A stretch of 64,000 nucleotides of DNA from Occultella glacieicola (GCF_004353825.1 NZ_SMNA01000004.1:248001-312000), one strand, 5' to 3'. Positions 18,107-27,774 are shown, numbered from the stretch's first letter. Notes: generated from the letters alone by a model not told the origin. Numbers and translations are program-made.

Positions 18107-19162
18107 TCAGGGTGACTGCAGCGCCTTGATGATCGTGACGGCCTGGGTGATCGCTGCCGCGGTGCCCGGGTGTTCGACGGCGTCCAACTCCCAGATGGCG
18201 TTCCGGACGCACCGCACCAGGGCGAACGCACGCGCACGGTCGTAGTCGAGTCCGGCGGCGGCGCAGGCAACGTCCAGTCGCAGCTGGAGGTGGGCACGCA
18301 GGTCGTGGGCGCTGCGGGCGGGCTCCCACCGGTCCCACAGCAGTGGCGCGAGGACGAACGCCGGGTCCGCCGCCATCACCTCTGCGTCGATGGCGACCCA
18401 TTCGGCCGGATCGGTCCGACGCAGCACGTTGCCCGCGTGCAGGTCGGTGTGCACGAGTCGGGCGTCGACGTCGGGTTCCGAACCCAGGTCGACGGCGAGG
18501 GCTCGGCCGGCCTCGAGCAGTCGCCTGGGGAAGGTGTGGCCGCGGGCGTCCCGGGTGCGGAGTGCGTCGATGTCCGCCACGAGGGTGCGCAGGTGTTCCG
18601 AGAGTCGCGGTGCCCACGGCGGTGCCGGCCGGTCCAGTCGGGCGGCGATTCGGCCGAGTTCCTCGGCGGCGTCAAGGACGCTCTCGCTGTTCAGGTCGCG
18701 GACCTCCAGGCGTTCGAGCAGCAGCGCCCAGCGGCTCGGATCCGCGGCGAGGAGGCGGACGGCGCCGTCGCCGTCCCAGGTGCGCAGCGCGAGCCTCTCG
18801 GTGCGGCCCTCGGCGTGCGGCCAGACCAGTTTCAGCACGGCGGGTGTACCGTCCGTGCGCCGGACCGGTAGGACGAGCGCGGACGAGCCGTGCCACGCCG
18901 TGCCGGCCGGCGATGTCGCAGGTGTCGGGTCGGTCGGGCCCGTCGGGTCTACCGGATCTGCCGGCACTCTCGGGCGCGCCGAGCCTGTCGGCCCGGTGGG
19001 GTCTGGTGGACCGTCGCGGCGCAGCCGCCAGTGTCCGAGCACCTCTGGGACGAGGCGAGGGAGGGTGGCGAGCCAGGTGGCACCGTCGGGCAGGCCGGGG
19101 TCGGCGACGTGCCGGGTGACGGACTCACGCAGGCCGTCCGGAATCAGGTCGGGATCTCTCAC
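18107..19162 (-). CDS. Aminoglycoside/hydroxyurea phosphotransferase-like kinase (APH(6) family)
   Basis: ALVLPV...G.PAVLKL, E..ALR.WDG.GAVRLL, LLLERL, catalytic HTDLHAGNVL, WVAID. Confidence 0.85.
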   Translation of the reverse strand: MRDPDLIPDGLRESVTRHVADPGLPDGATWLATLPRLVPEVLGHWRLRRDGPPDPTGPTGSARPRVPADPVDPTGPTDPTPATSPAGTAWHGSSALVLPVRRTDGTPAVLKLVWPHAEGRTERLALRTWDGDGAVRLLAADPSRWALLLERLEVRDLNSESVLDAAEELGRIAARLDRPAPPWAPRLSEHLRTLVADIDALRTRDARGHTFPRRLLEAGRALAVDLGSEPDVDARLVHTDLHAGNVLRRTDPAEWVAIDAEVMAADPAFVLAPLLWDRWEPARSAHDLRAHLQLRLDVACAAAGLDYDRARAFALVRCVRNAIWELDAVEHPGTAAAITQAVTIIKALQSP

Positions 19163-19276
19163 CGGGCCTCGGTCTCCTCACGCGGGTCGTCCGGGATCAG
19201 GTCGGGGTCGCTCACCGGGCCTCGGTCTCCTCACGCGGGTCGTCCGGGATCAGGTCGGGGTCGCTCACCGGGCCTC
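19143..19276. repeat. 53-bp tandem repeat (~2.5 copies) spanning the MFS stop / APH start junction
   Basis: Units begin at 19143, 19196 and 19249 (ATCAGGTCGGGGTCGCTCACCGGGCCTCGGTCTCCTCACGCGGGTCGTCCGGG). Confidence 0.95.
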
Positions 19277-20524
19277 CACCTCTTCGGGCAGCGTGGCCGG
19301 CTCGATCGTGAACGAGCGCAGCGGCCTATTCGTCGCGGCGATCAGGCCGACCAGGGCGGCGCAGGCCAGGCCGCCGGAGATGAGCGCGACCGGGGCCGAG
19401 GTGAGGCCCGCGACGATACCCGCCCGGAAGTTGCCGACCTCGGGCCCACCCACGCCGACGATGTGGTCGACGGCCGAGACGCGGCCGCGGTGCGAGTCCG
19501 GCGTCGCCAGTTGGACCATGGCGCCGCGGGTCACCACCGAGACGGTGTCCGCCGCGCCCGCCACCACGAGGGCCGCGAACACCAGCCACAGCGGCTGGGC
19601 GAACCCGACCACCGCGAGCGCGACGCCCCAGGTCGCAGCCGCGCAGAGTTGGATCAGGCCGGCGCGCCGGGCGCGGGTCACCGTGCCCGAGAGCAGGCCG
19701 GCCCCGATCCCGCCGACCGCGATCGCGGACAGGAACAGGCCGAGGGTCTGCGGGTTGCCCCCGAAGCGCTCCTCGTTGATGAGCGGGAACAGCGCGACCG
19801 GCATGGCGAGCAGCGTCGCGGCGAGGTCGGTGGCGAACGACCCCCAGAGCGCGGGCCGGGTGCGGATGAACCGCAGCCCGTCGATGCTCTGCCGCAGGCC
19901 GGCGCGCGCGACGGTGCCGAGCGGCGGCATGGCCGGAAGCCGGATCACGGCGACCAGGGACGCGCACCCGGCGACGGCCTGCACGAGATAGGTCGGAGCG
20001 AGCCCCCACCGGGCCAGGACCAGGCCGGCCAGTGCCGGTCCGACGAGCATCGACGCCTGGAACGCGAGGGACTGCAGCGCGAGACCGGCGCCGACCTGGT
20101 CCGCGGGCAGGAGCCGGACCGGGAACGTGCGCCGGGCGGGGGAGCCGAGGGCGTTGAACGTCGACGCCAGTCCGACCAGCACGAACAGCACCGAGATCGA
20201 GTCCAGCCGGAGGAAGGCCTGGGCGCTCAGTCCGACGGCGACGAGCACCTGGCCGAGGGTGGTCAGGCGGACCAGGGTCCGGCGGTCCATGGCGTCCGCC
20301 AGGGAGCCTCCGATCATCCCGAACACGAGTTGCGGGACCGCGTTCACCAGACCGATCGCGCCGGTCCAGACCGGGCTGTGGGTCAGCTCCCAGACCTGCA
20401 GCAGCACGGCGACCGTCGCGAACTGGTATCCGAACGTGCCGAGCGAGGACCCGATCCACAGTTCTCTGAACGCGCGGCTGGAGCGCAGCGGCCGGATGTC
20501 GACGAGGCGGTCGGCGAGGCTCAC
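19265..20524 (-). CDS. MFS transporter (EntS/MFS_3-like)
   Basis: DIRPLR...FRELW, GGSLADAMDRR, TPDSHRGRV..V; about 12 TM; GTG start overlaps the MarR stop. Confidence 0.9.
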   Translation of the reverse strand: MSLADRLVDIRPLRSSRAFRELWIGSSLGTFGYQFATVAVLLQVWELTHSPVWTGAIGLVNAVPQLVFGMIGGSLADAMDRRTLVRLTTLGQVLVAVGLSAQAFLRLDSISVLFVLVGLASTFNALGSPARRTFPVRLLPADQVGAGLALQSLAFQASMLVGPALAGLVLARWGLAPTYLVQAVAGCASLVAVIRLPAMPPLGTVARAGLRQSIDGLRFIRTRPALWGSFATDLAATLLAMPVALFPLINEERFGGNPQTLGLFLSAIAVGGIGAGLLSGTVTRARRAGLIQLCAAATWGVALAVVGFAQPLWLVFAALVVAGAADTVSVVTRGAMVQLATPDSHRGRVSAVDHIVGVGGPEVGNFRAGIVAGLTSAPVALISGGLACAALVGLIAATNRPLRSFTIEPATLPEEVEAR

Positions 20525-21030
20525 GGCAGCTCGGGGCGGGCGGTGGAGTCGTCGGGCGCCTGGAGCAGCGCGGCGATCCGCTCGCTGAACGGCCGGGTCG
20601 CCAGTGCGGCCTCGAGGTCGGTCACCACCCGGGTGAGGGGGTACGGGATCTCGGTCTCCAGCTCGGCGACCGCCGCCTCGGTGGCCCGCCACTCGGCCTC
20701 GAGGAACGGCACCAGGCTCCGGCCCCGGGCGGTCAGGATGATCCGCCGGGTGCGGGCGTCGGCGCCCGGCTCGGTGGCGACCAGATCCTCGCGGCGCATG
20801 GCGGCGACCGTCTGACTGATCGCGGAGTGGGTCTTGCCGAGCTCCGTCGCGAGCTCCGTGATCGTCAGCGGACCGGTGTGCGCGAGCCGGATCAGCGGCC
20901 ACGCGAACCGCGGCCGCACCCCCTCGATGCCGCGCTGGCGGTAGAGGTGCTCGATGTCGGCGTCCATGGCCGCCAGGAGCTGGTGCAGCGCGAGCCAGTG
21001 GCTCTCGTGGGTCGGGTCCGACGTTGTCAC
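20521..21030 (-). CDS. MarR family regulator
   Basis: GPLTITELA..LG.THSAISQTV...DARTRRI.LT..G; leaderless TATATT-N6-GTG; ACAGCGCT direct repeats at 21029-21036 and 21043-21050 as candidate operator. Confidence 0.9.
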   Translation of the reverse strand: MTTSDPTHESHWLALHQLLAAMDADIEHLYRQRGIEGVRPRFAWPLIRLAHTGPLTITELATELGKTHSAISQTVAAMRREDLVATEPGADARTRRIILTARGRSLVPFLEAEWRATEAAVAELETEIPYPLTRVVTDLEAALATRPFSERIAALLQAPDDSTARPELP

Positions 21031-21176
21031 AGCGCTAATATAACAGCGCTCATGGAATGTCGGGCGCTCGCCCGCGTCCGGCCGAGTGAAGCGCGGTGGA
21101 GTTGCGCGGGGCCTCGGCTCCCGGGCAGCGCTACCCGTTCCACCTCCGACGTGCCCGATCTAGTCTCGGAGTCGTG

Positions 21177-21851
21177 ATGACCAAGGACGAGTATGTGCAG
21201 CGCGCGCAGGCGCAGGACGATTGGGCTCCCGGCTGGGAGGCGATCGATGACGCGTTCGGCGCGGTCTATCCGGGCGTCGAGCCACCGCACCTGGCCACGT
21301 CGATGCCGGCCCGGGCGATGTTCGGCGGCAACGAGTACCTCGACGGCGCCAGCCTGTTCCCGTCGCCGAACGGCTACCAGCACGTGGTCACCTACGGCAT
21401 GAGCTCGCTGTATGCCGACGCGGAGGACTACGGCGGCGATCGCAGCGGCTGGGGTTACGAGATGACCATGAAGGTCGCCGCGCCGGGCAAGCCGGAGGCC
21501 GGCTGGGCCGTCTCCGTGATGAGCAACCTGGCGCGTTACACCTTCACCTCCGGCCGGTGGTTCGAGCCGTACCAGGCGGTCGCCGGCAATGGCACGCCGA
21601 TCAGTATCGGCTCCGGCAGTGCGCTCACGTCACTCCTGGTGGTGCCGGACACGGAGGTCGCGGGCGTGGACACGGTGCACGGCAGGCTCGACTTCCTCCA
21701 ACTCGTGGGCATCACCCAGCCGGAGTCCGACTGGGTCTTCGCCGACCCCTCGCTCACGGTCGGCCGGATCCGCGAACTAGCCGCCCGGCTGGCCGATGCC
21801 ACCGGACCCGAACTCGTCACCGACCTGGCGCGGACCGAGTCCTTCCTCTGA
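21177..21851 (+). CDS. Suppressor-of-fused (SUFU) domain protein
   Basis: APGWEAID, GG...LDG, HVVTYGMSSLY, SGWGYEMT, NLARY, TVHGRLDFLQLVGIT, TDL.R motifs. Confidence 0.85.
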   Translation: MTKDEYVQRAQAQDDWAPGWEAIDDAFGAVYPGVEPPHLATSMPARAMFGGNEYLDGASLFPSPNGYQHVVTYGMSSLYADAEDYGGDRSGWGYEMTMKVAAPGKPEAGWAVSVMSNLARYTFTSGRWFEPYQAVAGNGTPISIGSGSALTSLLVVPDTEVAGVDTVHGRLDFLQLVGITQPESDWVFADPSLTVGRIRELAARLADATGPELVTDLARTESFL

Positions 21852-21925
21852 CCGGTCGCTGCCGCCTGGGTCGGTGGACCGAGTGACGCCTGCGGCCACG
21901 GTCGGCGACGCCGGAGCGGATCGGC

Positions 21926-22729
21926 TCACGGGAGCGCGGCGACCTCCGCGCTGACCGAGTGCACGAGAGTCGCCACCTCCTCGAACCGGCCCGGCGCCCC
22001 AACCGTGCCGCCGTCGTACCACCACGCGGTCGCCCACTCGATCAGCTCGGCGGACTCCAGCCGCCGCGCCGCTGCCCAGGCCGCGGCGCGGCGCTTCGAG
22101 ACCTGGGTGCCCTCCGTCACCAGGTGCAGCGCACGGCACAGGGTGAGTACCGCGTAGGCCTGCGCCCCCGGCCGCCCTCGTGCGTCCGTGACCCACGCCG
22201 GCCAGCTCGCCGCGTGCTCACGCACCACCGCGAGAACCGCGACCCGATCGACCGGCGGGAGCACCGCCGTCGGGCTCGGGCCGCGCAGCGAGCGCCCGGT
22301 CGAACGTGCGAACGCGACGTTCAGCAGGTAGTGCCGCGTCGCCTCGAACAGGTGCAACGGCTCACCCGGGCTGATCCGGATCATCGGTCCCGAGCGGTCC
22401 GCCAGCGTGGTGAGCGTCGCGGTCGGGAGGTAGTCCACTTCGATCCGGTCCGCCCAGGCGGGATGGTCGACGGCGAGGCGTGCGTGCAGCGGTCGCAGCA
22501 GTTCCAGCGTGGTCGCCGTGGGCACGTCGCGCAGCACGGCGAGCAGGTCCAGGTCGCTACGGGCGGGGTCGAAGTCTCCGGCCACGTACGAGCCGTGGAC
22601 GTAGAGGCCGAGCAGGCCGTCGCCGAGCCGGGTGGCGATGCCGTCGGCGATGAGGTCGAGCATCCGTCCTGGGGGTGTGGGCTCCGACGGCTCCGATGGC
22701 ACTGAGGGCGGTGTGGGCACTGTCGTCAC
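21926..22729 (-). CDS. Aminoglycoside adenylyltransferase-like nucleotidyltransferase (AadA/DUF4111-like)
   Basis: GLYVHGSYVAGDF...SDLDLL Pol-beta NTase motif; YAVLTLCR...SKRRAA.W C-terminal motif. Start uncertain (22729 or 22663). Confidence 0.8.
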   Translation of the reverse strand: MTTVPTPPSVPSEPSEPTPPGRMLDLIADGIATRLGDGLLGLYVHGSYVAGDFDPARSDLDLLAVLRDVPTATTLELLRPLHARLAVDHPAWADRIEVDYLPTATLTTLADRSGPMIRISPGEPLHLFEATRHYLLNVAFARSTGRSLRGPSPTAVLPPVDRVAVLAVVREHAASWPAWVTDARGRPGAQAYAVLTLCRALHLVTEGTQVSKRRAAAWAAARRLESAELIEWATAWWYDGGTVGAPGRFEEVATLVHSVSAEVAALP

Positions 22730-22762
22730 GGCCCCACCGTACGGTCCGCCGGTGAGGTAGGG

Positions 22763-22776
22763 TGAACAACGGTTCA
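22763..22776. promoter_or_regulatory. Candidate TetR operator in a divergent promoter
   Basis: Palindrome TGAAC-AACG-GTTCA between the divergent NTase and TetR genes. Confidence 0.5.
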
Positions 22777-22796
22777 TTCAAAATGAGAGTAGGCGC

Positions 22797-23402
22797 ATGC
22801 CCCGCACAGTCGAACAGAACGAGGTCATCCGCGCAGCCACCCGTGACACGATCCGTACCGCGGCCGTCCGTGAGTTCGCCCGGCGTGGCTTCGCGGCCGC
22901 CAGCATCCGCGGCATCGCGGCCGAGGCGGGCCTGAGCACCGGGTCGATCTACCGCCACTACGCCACGAAGGACGAGCTCTTCGACGAGCTCCTCACCCAG
23001 GCGGCCATCGGGCTGAGTGCGACCGCGGCCCGGCTCGCGGAGCCTGGCCGGCCCCTCGACCTGGTCCGCGAGTTCGCGGCGACGTACCTGACGGACCTCC
23101 AGGGGGACGACGGCGAGGCCGAGTTCTTCATGGTCATCAACCAAGGGTTCACCAGCGACACCCCGGCCGGCACGACGGCCCGGCTGGCGTCGGCGCACGA
23201 GGCGCTCTGGCGAGCATTCGCCGAGCTGGTCCGGCACGGGCAGCGGGAGGGTGCGTTCGGCGCCGGCGACCCGGACCGGCTTGCGGTCGGCTTCTTCGCG
23301 ATGCTCACCGGGCTCACCACCCTTCGACTCGCGCTCGGGCGCGACCTGCCTCTGCCGGACGCCGACCTGGTGTTGCGAACGCTGACCGGAGGGGACCGTT
23401 GA
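22797..23402 (+). CDS. TetR family regulator
   Basis: FARRGFAAASIRGIAAEAGLSTGSIYRHYATKDEL HTH. Confidence 0.92.
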   Translation: MPRTVEQNEVIRAATRDTIRTAAVREFARRGFAAASIRGIAAEAGLSTGSIYRHYATKDELFDELLTQAAIGLSATAARLAEPGRPLDLVREFAATYLTDLQGDDGEAEFFMVINQGFTSDTPAGTTARLASAHEALWRAFAELVRHGQREGAFGAGDPDRLAVGFFAMLTGLTTLRLALGRDLPLPDADLVLRTLTGGDR

Positions 23403-24034
23403 TCACCGTCGAGCGGGCCGACGTCCTCGGCGAGCCGTACCGGCGCCGGATCGCCGACGTCTGGGTCCGCGGGTTCGCGGAGGACTTCGCCTACTTCTCC
23501 AAGGACCCGGTGGTGCTCGGGGACGCCTTCGCGCACCTGCTGCTCCTGGACCGCTGGTACGTCGCGCTGGTCGACGGCGAACCGGCCGGCCTCGCGTGCG
23601 TGGCCGAGGGCGATCAGGAGGTCCTGCGCCCCCGGGCCGCGGAGCTGCGACGCCACCTCGGGCTGGTGCATGGCACGATCACCCACCTCATCCTCCGCAG
23701 TCAGTTCCTGGGCGCCTACGACGGCGCCCGGCCCGGACTCCTCGAGATCGGCTTCGTGACCACGGCGCCCGCCTACCAGGGCCGCGGCGTCGCGACCGCG
23801 CTGATGCGGCACCTCCTGGCCCTGGATGGCTACGACGAGTTCGTGCTCCGCGACATCAAGGACACGAATGCACCCGCACTCGGGCTGTACGAGAAGCTCG
23901 GGTTCACCGCGTTCGGCAGGCGCGCCGTCCGGGGGGCGGCGCGGGCCGGGTTCAGCGCCTACGTGTCGATGCGGCTGGTGCGGGGGCAGGGGCCCGTCGG
24001 CTCGACCGGCGACCCCGGCGGTGCTCCGCAGTAG
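23399..24034 (+). CDS. GNAT family N-acetyltransferase
   Basis: Motif A VTTAPAYQGRGVATAL; N.PALGLYEKLGF. Confidence 0.88.
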   Translation: MITVERADVLGEPYRRRIADVWVRGFAEDFAYFSKDPVVLGDAFAHLLLLDRWYVALVDGEPAGLACVAEGDQEVLRPRAAELRRHLGLVHGTITHLILRSQFLGAYDGARPGLLEIGFVTTAPAYQGRGVATALMRHLLALDGYDEFVLRDIKDTNAPALGLYEKLGFTAFGRRAVRGAARAGFSAYVSMRLVRGQGPVGSTGDPGGAPQ

Positions 24035-24045
24035 GGTCGGCGTCC

Positions 24046-24465
24046 ATGGACACCAGGGCTGCCAGTTACGTCGTCGTCGTGCGCGAGCAGGCCGTGCTGC
24101 TCGCGCACTGGAACGAGGGCGGCCGGTCCGGCTGGACGTTGCCCGGGGGTGGCATGGAGGACTTCGAGACCGCTGAGGAGACCGCGATCCGCGAGTTCCT
24201 CGAGGAGACCGGCTACCGGGTCGAACTCGACGGCGTGCTCGGTGTCGACACCCACTACGTCGCGGCCGCGGACCGGCTGGTGACCCCCGCCGGTCCACTG
24301 CGCAGCGTCCGCGTCGTCTACGCCGGTCACATCGTCGGCGGCGAGCTCACCCACGAGGTCGACGGCAGCACCGACGAGTGCCGGTGGGTCCCGTTGGACG
24401 AGGTCGCCGACCTCGACACGGTGGAACTCGTCGACGCCGCGATGACGATGGCCGGCCTGCTCTGA
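24046..24465 (+). CDS. NUDIX hydrolase
   Basis: WTLPGGGMEDFETAEETAIREFLEETG Nudix box. Confidence 0.9.
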   Translation: MDTRAASYVVVVREQAVLLAHWNEGGRSGWTLPGGGMEDFETAEETAIREFLEETGYRVELDGVLGVDTHYVAAADRLVTPAGPLRSVRVVYAGHIVGGELTHEVDGSTDECRWVPLDEVADLDTVELVDAAMTMAGLL

Positions 24466-24502
24466 CGCGAGCGGCCCCCGGGGTGGCCCAGCGGGCCCGT
24501 CC

Positions 24503-25063
24503 TCAGCCGGCCATGCTCCGTCGGAACGAGCGCACCGCGAGGTCAGCGGCCATGTGCCTCGGGACGTCGCCGGCGCTGACCTCGGCGGCGGTGTAGAGGA
24601 CCGCATAGAACAGGTTCTCGGCCCACGCGTTCGGGATGTCGGCGGCGATGGCGCCCTCGGCCCGGGCCCGGTCCAGCAGCGGGGTCAGCCCCTCGCTGGA
24701 GTCGTCGGCCGGCCAGTTCGGGTTCCCCGCGAACCGGTCCGGGTCCGCGAACAGGAAGATCACCCGGTCCCCGATCTCGATTCCGGCACGCAGGTGCCGT
24801 TCGAGCGCGTCCATCGGGTCCTCGTCGGATGCACTCTCCGGGTCGGCGCCGTTGAGATGGTCCAGGGAGTCGACCAGGAGGGCGTCCACCAGCGCCTGGC
24901 GGTCGGCGAAGTACCGGTGCAACGTGGAGCGGCTGACCTCGGCGCGCTCCGCGATCGCGCCGAACGGTGCCGAGAAGTCGCGTGCCCAGAGGGCGGCCGC
25001 GGCGTCCAGGATGGCGGCGCGCGTACGGGCGCGCGCGCCTCGTTCGATCTGCTCCGTCGTCAC
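24503..25063 (-). CDS. TetR family regulator
   Basis: IAERAEVSRSTLHRYF HTH; divergent from an ABC exporter; leaderless TATCCT-N7-GTG. Confidence 0.9.
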   Translation of the reverse strand: MTTEQIERGARARTRAAILDAAAALWARDFSAPFGAIAERAEVSRSTLHRYFADRQALVDALLVDSLDHLNGADPESASDEDPMDALERHLRAGIEIGDRVIFLFADPDRFAGNPNWPADDSSEGLTPLLDRARAEGAIAADIPNAWAENLFYAVLYTAAEVSAGDVPRHMAADLAVRSFRRSMAG

Positions 25064-25113
25064 GACGCCGAGGATAGGCCGTATCGGGCAGGTGCGCCAA
25101 TGCTGTTGCTAAA

Positions 25114-25131
25114 TGCGACAGTGATGTCGCA
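25114..25131. promoter_or_regulatory. Candidate TetR operator
   Basis: Perfect palindrome TGCGACA-GTGA-TGTCGCA in the divergent intergenic region. Confidence 0.65.
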
Positions 25132-25183
25132 GAATGGGTCGGCGCAGTTCCCCAGATCGGGGCGCCGCGGATGGAGGGCGATC

Positions 25184-27031
25184 ATGACGAACACCGCGAC
25201 CGATACCGGGACCCGGGCGGCGACCGAACGCACGACCGCGGAGAAGGCGCGCATCCTCTGGGCCTACGCCCGCCCGCACAAGCCGGTTCTCGCCGTCGCC
25301 CTCGTGCTCGGCGCGCTCGGCACCGCGGCCGAACTTGCCACCCCGCTGGTGACGAAGGCCGTGCTCGACGGCCTTGAGATGTCGGCCTCCCTGCGCACGC
25401 CGATCACGATCCTCGCGGTCCTGCTCGTGGCCGGATCCGCAGTCGCCCTGATCCAGGGCATCATGCTCGGCACGCTCGCCGAACGGATCATCCTGGCGGC
25501 CCGCACCGGCCTGGTCCGTCACCTCCTGCGGGCCCGGGTCCCCGAGGTCACCACGCGCCAGCCCGGCGAGCTCGTCACCCGGGTCACCTCGGACACCCTG
25601 CTCATCCGGGAGGCGACGACGTCGAGCGTCGTCAACTTCGTGAACGGGATCATCGGGCTGGTCGGCGCGATCGTTCTGATGGCCTACCTGGACGCCGTCC
25701 TGCTCGGCGTGACGGTCGCCGTCCTGATCCTCGTCGGCATCTCCGTGGTCGCCCTCATGCCGCGGCTGTCGAAGGCGCAGCAGGAGGCCCAGGAACACGT
25801 CGGTGCGCTGGGCGGCCGCCTCGAGGGGGTGGTGCGGGCGCTGCGGACCGTGAAGTCCGCCCGCGCCGAGTCGCGTGAGACCGCGCGGATCGCGGAGCAC
25901 GCCGAGGCGTCGGCACGCAGCGGTATCCGCGCGGTCAAGCTGGAGAACATCTCCTGGACCATCACCGGTGCGGGCGTCAACCTCGCCGTGATGCTGCTGC
26001 TCGGAGTGGGAGCGTGGCGCGTGTCCGACGGTGCCATCACGGTCTCCACCCTGGTGGCGTTCCTGCTCTACGTGTTCCAGCTGATGATGCCGGTCATGCT
26101 GTTGACGATGGCGCTGACGTCGCTGCAGTCGGGGCTGGCGGCCGCCGCCCGGATCAGCGACGTCGAGGACATGGAACTGGAGACCGACGACGACGGCGCC
26201 CGCGACCTCCACACCGACGGTGCCGACGGCGGGGGTACGTCGGGCGTCGTCGCGGACACGCCCGCACTCCGTCTGCACGAGGTCACCTACCGCTACCGCG
26301 GGGCGGATGCCCCGGCGCTGGACGGTGTCAGCCTGACGGTGCCGCGTCGTGGCCACACGGCGATCGTCGGCCCGTCGGGCGCCGGCAAGACGACGATCAT
26401 GTCGCTCCTGCTCCGGTTCCTGCACCCCGAGCACGGACGCATCGAGCTCGACGGCCGACCGTACGCGGAGTGGACCACGGACGGGATCCGGTCCCGGATC
26501 GCCTACGTGGAGCAGGACACCCCGATCGTGCCGGGCACGCTGCGCGAGAACCTGGCCTACGCCGCGCCCGGCGCGGCCGATGGCGAGGTCAGGGCCGCCG
26601 TCGACGCCCTCCGCCTGACCGAGCGGGTGGCGGCGATGCCCGACGGGTTGGACACCGAGGTCAACGCCTCCAACCTGTCCGGCGGCGAGCGGCAACGGGT
26701 GGCCGTGGCGCGGGCGCTGGTCGCACGGCCGGAGATCCTGCTTCTCGACGAGGCCACGGCACAGCTCGACGGCCTCACCGAGGCGGCACTGGCCGGCGCG
26801 ATCCGCGAGGTGGCCCGCACCGGGACCGTCGTCACGATCGCGCACCGGCTCTCGACCGTCGTCGACGCCGACCAGATCGTCCTGCTCGACCACGGTCGCG
26901 TGCGGGCGATCGGGCGGCACACGGAGCTCCTCGAGACCGACGAGCTGTACCGCGAACTCGTCGCGGCGCTGCGGCTGGACGCGTCCATCGGCCACCCGAA
27001 CGAGCAGGAGCGGGTGCCGGCCGGGGCCTGA
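25184..27031 (+). CDS. Fused ABC exporter (TMD + NBD, multidrug-type)
   Basis: ABC_membrane domain (GELVTRVTSDT); GPSGAGKTT, LSGGERQR, LLLDEAT, IAHRLST; RBS GGAGG. Confidence 0.93.
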   Translation: MTNTATDTGTRAATERTTAEKARILWAYARPHKPVLAVALVLGALGTAAELATPLVTKAVLDGLEMSASLRTPITILAVLLVAGSAVALIQGIMLGTLAERIILAARTGLVRHLLRARVPEVTTRQPGELVTRVTSDTLLIREATTSSVVNFVNGIIGLVGAIVLMAYLDAVLLGVTVAVLILVGISVVALMPRLSKAQQEAQEHVGALGGRLEGVVRALRTVKSARAESRETARIAEHAEASARSGIRAVKLENISWTITGAGVNLAVMLLLGVGAWRVSDGAITVSTLVAFLLYVFQLMMPVMLLTMALTSLQSGLAAAARISDVEDMELETDDDGARDLHTDGADGGGTSGVVADTPALRLHEVTYRYRGADAPALDGVSLTVPRRGHTAIVGPSGAGKTTIMSLLLRFLHPEHGRIELDGRPYAEWTTDGIRSRIAYVEQDTPIVPGTLRENLAYAAPGAADGEVRAAVDALRLTERVAAMPDGLDTEVNASNLSGGERQRVAVARALVARPEILLLDEATAQLDGLTEAALAGAIREVARTGTVVTIAHRLSTVVDADQIVLLDHGRVRAIGRHTELLETDELYRELVAALRLDASIGHPNEQERVPAGA

Positions 27032-27084
27032 CCTGCGTCCCGCTCGCCGCGCCGTCCCCAGGCCGGCGGCCGTATCATCGGGCG

Positions 27085-27774
27085 ATGCTGACGGCGTTGC
27101 TGTACGGGCTGGGCACCTCGGTGCCGATGCTGATCGGTGCGGTGATCGGGCTGCGATACGACCTGCCGACCAAGGTCCTGGCGGCGATGATGGCGTTCGG
27201 CGCGGGCACCATGATCGCGGCGGTCACGACCGAGTTGTTCCAGCCGTCGTTCGACAGCCAGGGCATGGTGATCGCCGGCTCGGCGCTGCTCGGGGGTGCC
27301 CTCGTCTATGTACTGGCCGACCGGCTGATCGAGCGCAAGCTCGGCCCGGCCGCGCTCGGGCCGGCGCTGATGCTCGGCGCGCTGCTCGACGGCATCCCGG
27401 AGAACACCGCGCTCGGGGTCAGCCTGATGGGCACGGGTGGCATCGTGCTGTTGGTCGCGGTGGCCGTGGGAAACGTGCCCGAGGCGATGGCCGGTGCGGC
27501 CTCGATGCGCCAGCAGCACGGGTTCGCGATCCGGCGGGCCTTCTGGATGTGGGCCGGGACGGCGATCCTGCTGACCCTGGTCGTCGTGGCCGCCTGGGCC
27601 GTCAGCGACACGATCTCCGACCGGAGCATCTCGGTCATCCAGGCGTTCGCCGGCGGCGCGACGATCGCGGTGCTGGCCGACTCGCTGATGCCGGAGGCCT
27701 ATCGCGACGGCGGCTGGTGGGTCGGCCTGTCGACGGCAGTGGGGTTCCTGGTCGCGTTCGCGCTCGGCGGCTGA
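27085..27774 (+). CDS. ZIP family metal transporter
   Basis: MAFGAG, LDGIPE, NVPE, AGGA...LADSLMPEA motifs; leaderless TATCAT-N6-ATG. Confidence 0.85.
   Translation: MLTALLYGLGTSVPMLIGAVIGLRYDLPTKVLAAMMAFGAGTMIAAVTTELFQPSFDSQGMVIAGSALLGGALVYVLADRLIERKLGPAALGPALMLGALLDGIPENTALGVSLMGTGGIVLLVAVAVGNVPEAMAGAASMRQQHGFAIRRAFWMWAGTAILLTLVVVAAWAVSDTISDRSISVIQAFAGGATIAVLADSLMPEAYRDGGWWVGLSTAVGFLVAFALGG

Noticed and set aside
19143..19276. Possible CRISPR array
   Set aside because: Units are contiguous and near-identical with no unique spacers, and there are no cas genes in the window. It is a tandem duplication.
18107..22729. Definite aminoglycoside resistance genes (strB/aadA)
   Set aside because: Only fold-level motifs are visible; no substrate evidence and no mobile context.
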